DNA of 64,000 nt from Antedon mediterranea (lineage: Eukaryota > Animalia > Echinodermata), in the NCBI RefSeq assembly GCF_964355755.1, contig NC_092673.1:20643648-20707647 (forward strand). The letters are read 5' to 3'. Below are positions 60,238 through 64,000 of the stretch, in pieces (position 1 is the first letter of the stretch; each line of letters opens with the position of its first letter). The notes beneath the pieces were generated by a model. The model worked only from the letters and a program-made list of their open reading frames with translations. It had not been told where the DNA came from and did no database searches. The position numbers and the translations under genes were made by a program.

Positions 60238-61802
60238 CAGCCGCGTAACAAGGGGGTCTTGTCAGGGGGGGGGGGGCAAAGAGGGGAAAATCCTTCCAGA
60301 CACCAAGTACTTGAGCCACAGCCCCCCCATGGTGGGGGCTGTGGCGAAGCGAATTTTGGTAAATGACACCCCTAGATCGTCGGAAATGGTACTCTCGCAC
60401 ATAAAATTCATGATAAATGGCGCCTAACTAGTAGTAGTTGGCCTGGAAATAACACTCCCATTTATTGCACAGCAATCAGCAAAATGATCGTACATTTTCC
60501 ACCGTTAAAAACTCAGGTGACATAACATTTGAACATGTGAAAACCCAATCTAACATTGGATCCGCACCTGGCAAAGGTAGTAATTTTTCCGGTTAGAAGA
60601 CTGAAACAGGGCCGTAACCAGGTTTGACGGCGGGGTGGATCGTTAAATTGTTTAGTGGAACCATACCCTCGAATTATTTTTTCTCTATTAGGCCTAGGCC
60701 TATGTATGGCCGCAAATCGCATTTCCGGCTAAACTCTTTTGTTTATGAACTATATAATTTGGTGAAATTTCCAGCCCACGAATTTCAATTGCCGACCTTA
60801 TTGCCGACCTTAAATTGTCAGAGGAATGCATTCTCTTGCCGACCGAAACTAGGCTAGATCCCTCCTCCCTTTAAGCCTCCTAACAACAACATGGTACATT
60901 AAGGGATCGTATCATTGAGACTTTAACAGGCATATTCACCATCATGTGGTGTTTAGGTAACAAACCATGGAATTAAGGTGATCCCTGAATTCACTCAACC
61001 ATTGCATCTTGCACTTGCGTGAGCTGCATGCTTTCTCTCTATACTATCAAGCAGCTGGCTGGGCACGTCACACGCACGCAGAGACCTGTGTAGGGGAATA
61101 CCCTTTTATGTCAAGCAAACAACTGTGCTCTGTGCCACGATGTTCAGCAGTTATCAAATAGAATTTATCTTGTAAATTTAGTGTTAGGTTTTTATATTTT
61201 AGTTAAAATATACTTTATATTCTTATGTCGATTTATATTAATTAAATTTATTAAGGCTTGACTAGACCTGTAGTAAACAATCGTAGTGTTGTGTTAGTAT
61301 GCCTGTGAAAGATTGAGTATTGGAGTGACAGCCAACCACGAAAGTACGTTCATTTTGCTGATCGCTAGCGCGTTACATACGATTAGTAGGAGTGTATTTT
61401 TTTAAGGTGGCCTCACACGCACAGCACAGCGTCACAATTGTGTATGAGATGCCCGCGATGGCGGCTTAGATAAAAGACGCCAAAAACCACAGTCAACTGA
61501 CCGCATGTTAATGTACTGATAAGCAGTGCGTCTTCCCACGAGTTGTCAGTCAGGATTTTGTGTATTTCATATCATCTTACTTGAATATCATACTGTACTG
61601 TGACTCATTTTTGAAGCCATATCATATATCGTATATTTTATTCTTATCTTATATTTTCTTTCTTCTATCCCTTCTTTGTATTTTATTTTATTTTTTTTAC
61701 TTGTTACCCAGCCCGATCGAACGCTTCTCAACCCGGTAAAATCCGCCAGGGGGGTATTCCGCCCCCCTGCCCCCCCCCCCCCCCCCGCCTCTTACGCCAC
61801 TG
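60238..61802. mobile_element. 1.56-kb non-autonomous hAT element
   Basis: Ends CAGCCGCGTAA / TTACGCCACTG with G-run/C-run subterminals; perfect 8-bp TSD CTCTAATT (60230-60237, 61803-61810). Confidence 0.8.
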
Positions 61803-62450
61803 CTCTAATTTCAAATGACATGTGATGCTTAATTAACCAATCGAACTGCAAGAATACAATCGGGTGGGTTATAATTAGGGTTTTTTCATACCATACATTA
61901 TACGATGGGATAGGATGTTAAAGAAAGAAAAGCCAAGTCTGTTAAAAAATAAAGATTTATCGCTACAATACAGTAATTTCTACTAGTTATTTACTTTTGT
62001 GTGATTCTAATTCAATTTGTCCCAAAGATTTTATATAGCAGCGTGTTAAGCGTATAACGCGAACGCATTCTATATGATCCTCGTATACAAAAAATGCTAG
62101 ATATAGCAAGAAATTATTAATTCCATTGCGATTAACAATATAATTAATTTTATAGAAACTTCACTGTGCATACAAGAATATGTGTTGTAATTTATGTGGT
62201 CTTAATGTATTATATTAGATTATTATTTCTTATATTAAATAATGTTTTTGAACACATTTACGGCCGCCATCTTCGTTTATCTCACTGATTTGTCCACATT
62301 AGTGCTAAGGTACAATTTTAAACTGTATTTAACCATTAAAATAAAACAGCAGGTCTTAGTTTTAAAAGGGGTTATTAGCTATAGAAAGTAGACCCATTTT
62401 GTAATAGGCCATTTTAGGAGAGTTCATGAGGATCAAACATGTAATAGGTT

Positions 62451-64000
62451 GGAGAGATCACTTAAACCATAGGTAGGGGAGATCACTTAAACCATAGGTA
62501 GGGGAGATCACTTAAACCATAGGTAGGGGAGATCACTTAAACCATAGGTAGGGGAGATCACTTAAACCATAGGTAGGGGAGATCACTTAAACCATAGGTA
62601 GGGGAGATCACTTAAACCATAGGTAGGGGAGATCACTTAAACCATAGGTAGGGGAGATCACTTAAACCATAGGTAGGGGAGATCACTTAAACCATAGGTA
62701 GGGGAGATCACTTAAACCATAGGTTGGGGAGATCACTTAAACCATAGGTAGGGGAGATCACTTAAACCATAGGTAGGGGAGATCACTTAAACCATAGGTA
62801 GGGGAGATCACTTAAACCATAGGTAGGGGAGATCACTTAAACCATAGGTAGGGGAGATCACTTAAACCATAGGTAGGGGAGATCACTTAAACCATAGGTA
62901 GGGGAGATCACTTAAACTATAGGTAGGGGAGATCACTTAAACTATAGGTAGGGGAGATCACTTAAACCATAGGTAGGGGAGATCACTTAAACTATAGGTA
63001 GGGGTGGAGATCACTTAAACCATAGGTATGGGAGATCACATAAATTATAGATAGGGGTGGAGATTACTTAAACCATAGGTAGGGAGATCACATAAACCAT
63101 AGGTAGCGGAGATCACTTAAACCATAGGTAGGGAGATCACTTAAACTATAGGTAGGGGTGGAGATCACTTAAACCATAGGTAGGGGAGATCACTTAAACC
63201 ATAGGTAGGGGAGATCACTTAAACCATAGGTAGGGGAGATCACTTAAACCATAGGTAGGGGAGATCACTTAAACCATAGGTAGGGGAGATCACTTAAACC
63301 ATAGGTAGGGGAGATCACTTAAACCATAGGTTGGGGAGATCACTTAAACCATAGGTAGGGGAGATCACTTAAACCATAGGTAGGGGAGATCACTTAAACC
63401 ATAGGTAGGGGAGATCACTTAAACCATAGGTAGGGGAGATCACTTAAACCATAGGTTGGGGAGATCACTTAAACCATAGGTAGGGGAGATCACTTAAACC
63501 ATAGGTAGGGGAGATCACTTAAACCATAGGTAGGGGAGATCACTTAAACCATAGATAGGGGAGATCACTTAAACCATAGATAGGGGAGATCACTTAAACC
63601 ATAGGTAGGGGAGATCACTTAAACCATAGGTAGGGGAGATCACTTAAACCATAGGTAGGGGAGATCACTTAAACCATAGGTAGGGGAGATCACTTAAACT
63701 ATAGGTAGGGGAGATCACTTAAACCATAGGTAGGGGAGATCACTTAAACTATAGGTAGGGGTGGAGATCACTTAAACCATAGGTATGGGAGATCACATAA
63801 ATTATAGATAGGGGTGGAGATTACTTAAACCATAGGTAGGGAGATCACATAAACCATAGGTAGCGGAGATCACTTAAACCATAGGTAGGGAGATCACTTA
63901 AACTATAGGTAGGGGTGGAGATCACTTAAACCATAGGTAGGGGAGATCACTTAAACCATAGGTAGGGGAGATCACTTAAACCATAGGTAGGGGAGATCAC
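62451..64000. repeat. 25-bp satellite array (>60 copies, runs off the window end)
   Basis: Unit GGGGAGATCACTTAAACCATAGGTA. Confidence 0.97.

Noticed and set aside
62255-62275. AAGATGGCGGCC|GTAAAT on the minus strand as the first exon of another gene
   Set aside because: No downstream coding exons were found before NHP2; it is treated as an isolated YY1-like motif.

Overview
AT-rich, intron-rich animal genomic DNA. It is probably an invertebrate deuterostome and possibly an echinoderm; this is inferred from the repeat families and is not proven. Four housekeeping genes were reconstructed exon by exon: cytosolic aspartate aminotransferase GOT1 (+, 9 exons, ~410 aa), exportin-7 XPO7 (+, 27 exons, ~1094 aa, including one AT-AC and one GT-AG U12-type intron), PUF60 (-, 12 core exons, ~613 aa) and NHP2 (+, 4 exons, 153 aa, head-to-head with PUF60). 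Introns and intergenic DNA are dense with non-autonomous mobile elements (Helentron/HINE-like, hAT, PIF/Harbinger and Tc1/pogo MITEs, 5S-derived and Deu/Nin-domain SINEs, LINE 3' ends) and tandem arrays with higher-order structure. The most notable features are several Penelope-type minimal hammerhead ribozyme motifs, a candidate 18-nt microexon plus poison exon in PUF60, and a cluster of minor-spliceosome introns in XPO7. All calls come from manual reading; no searches were run.
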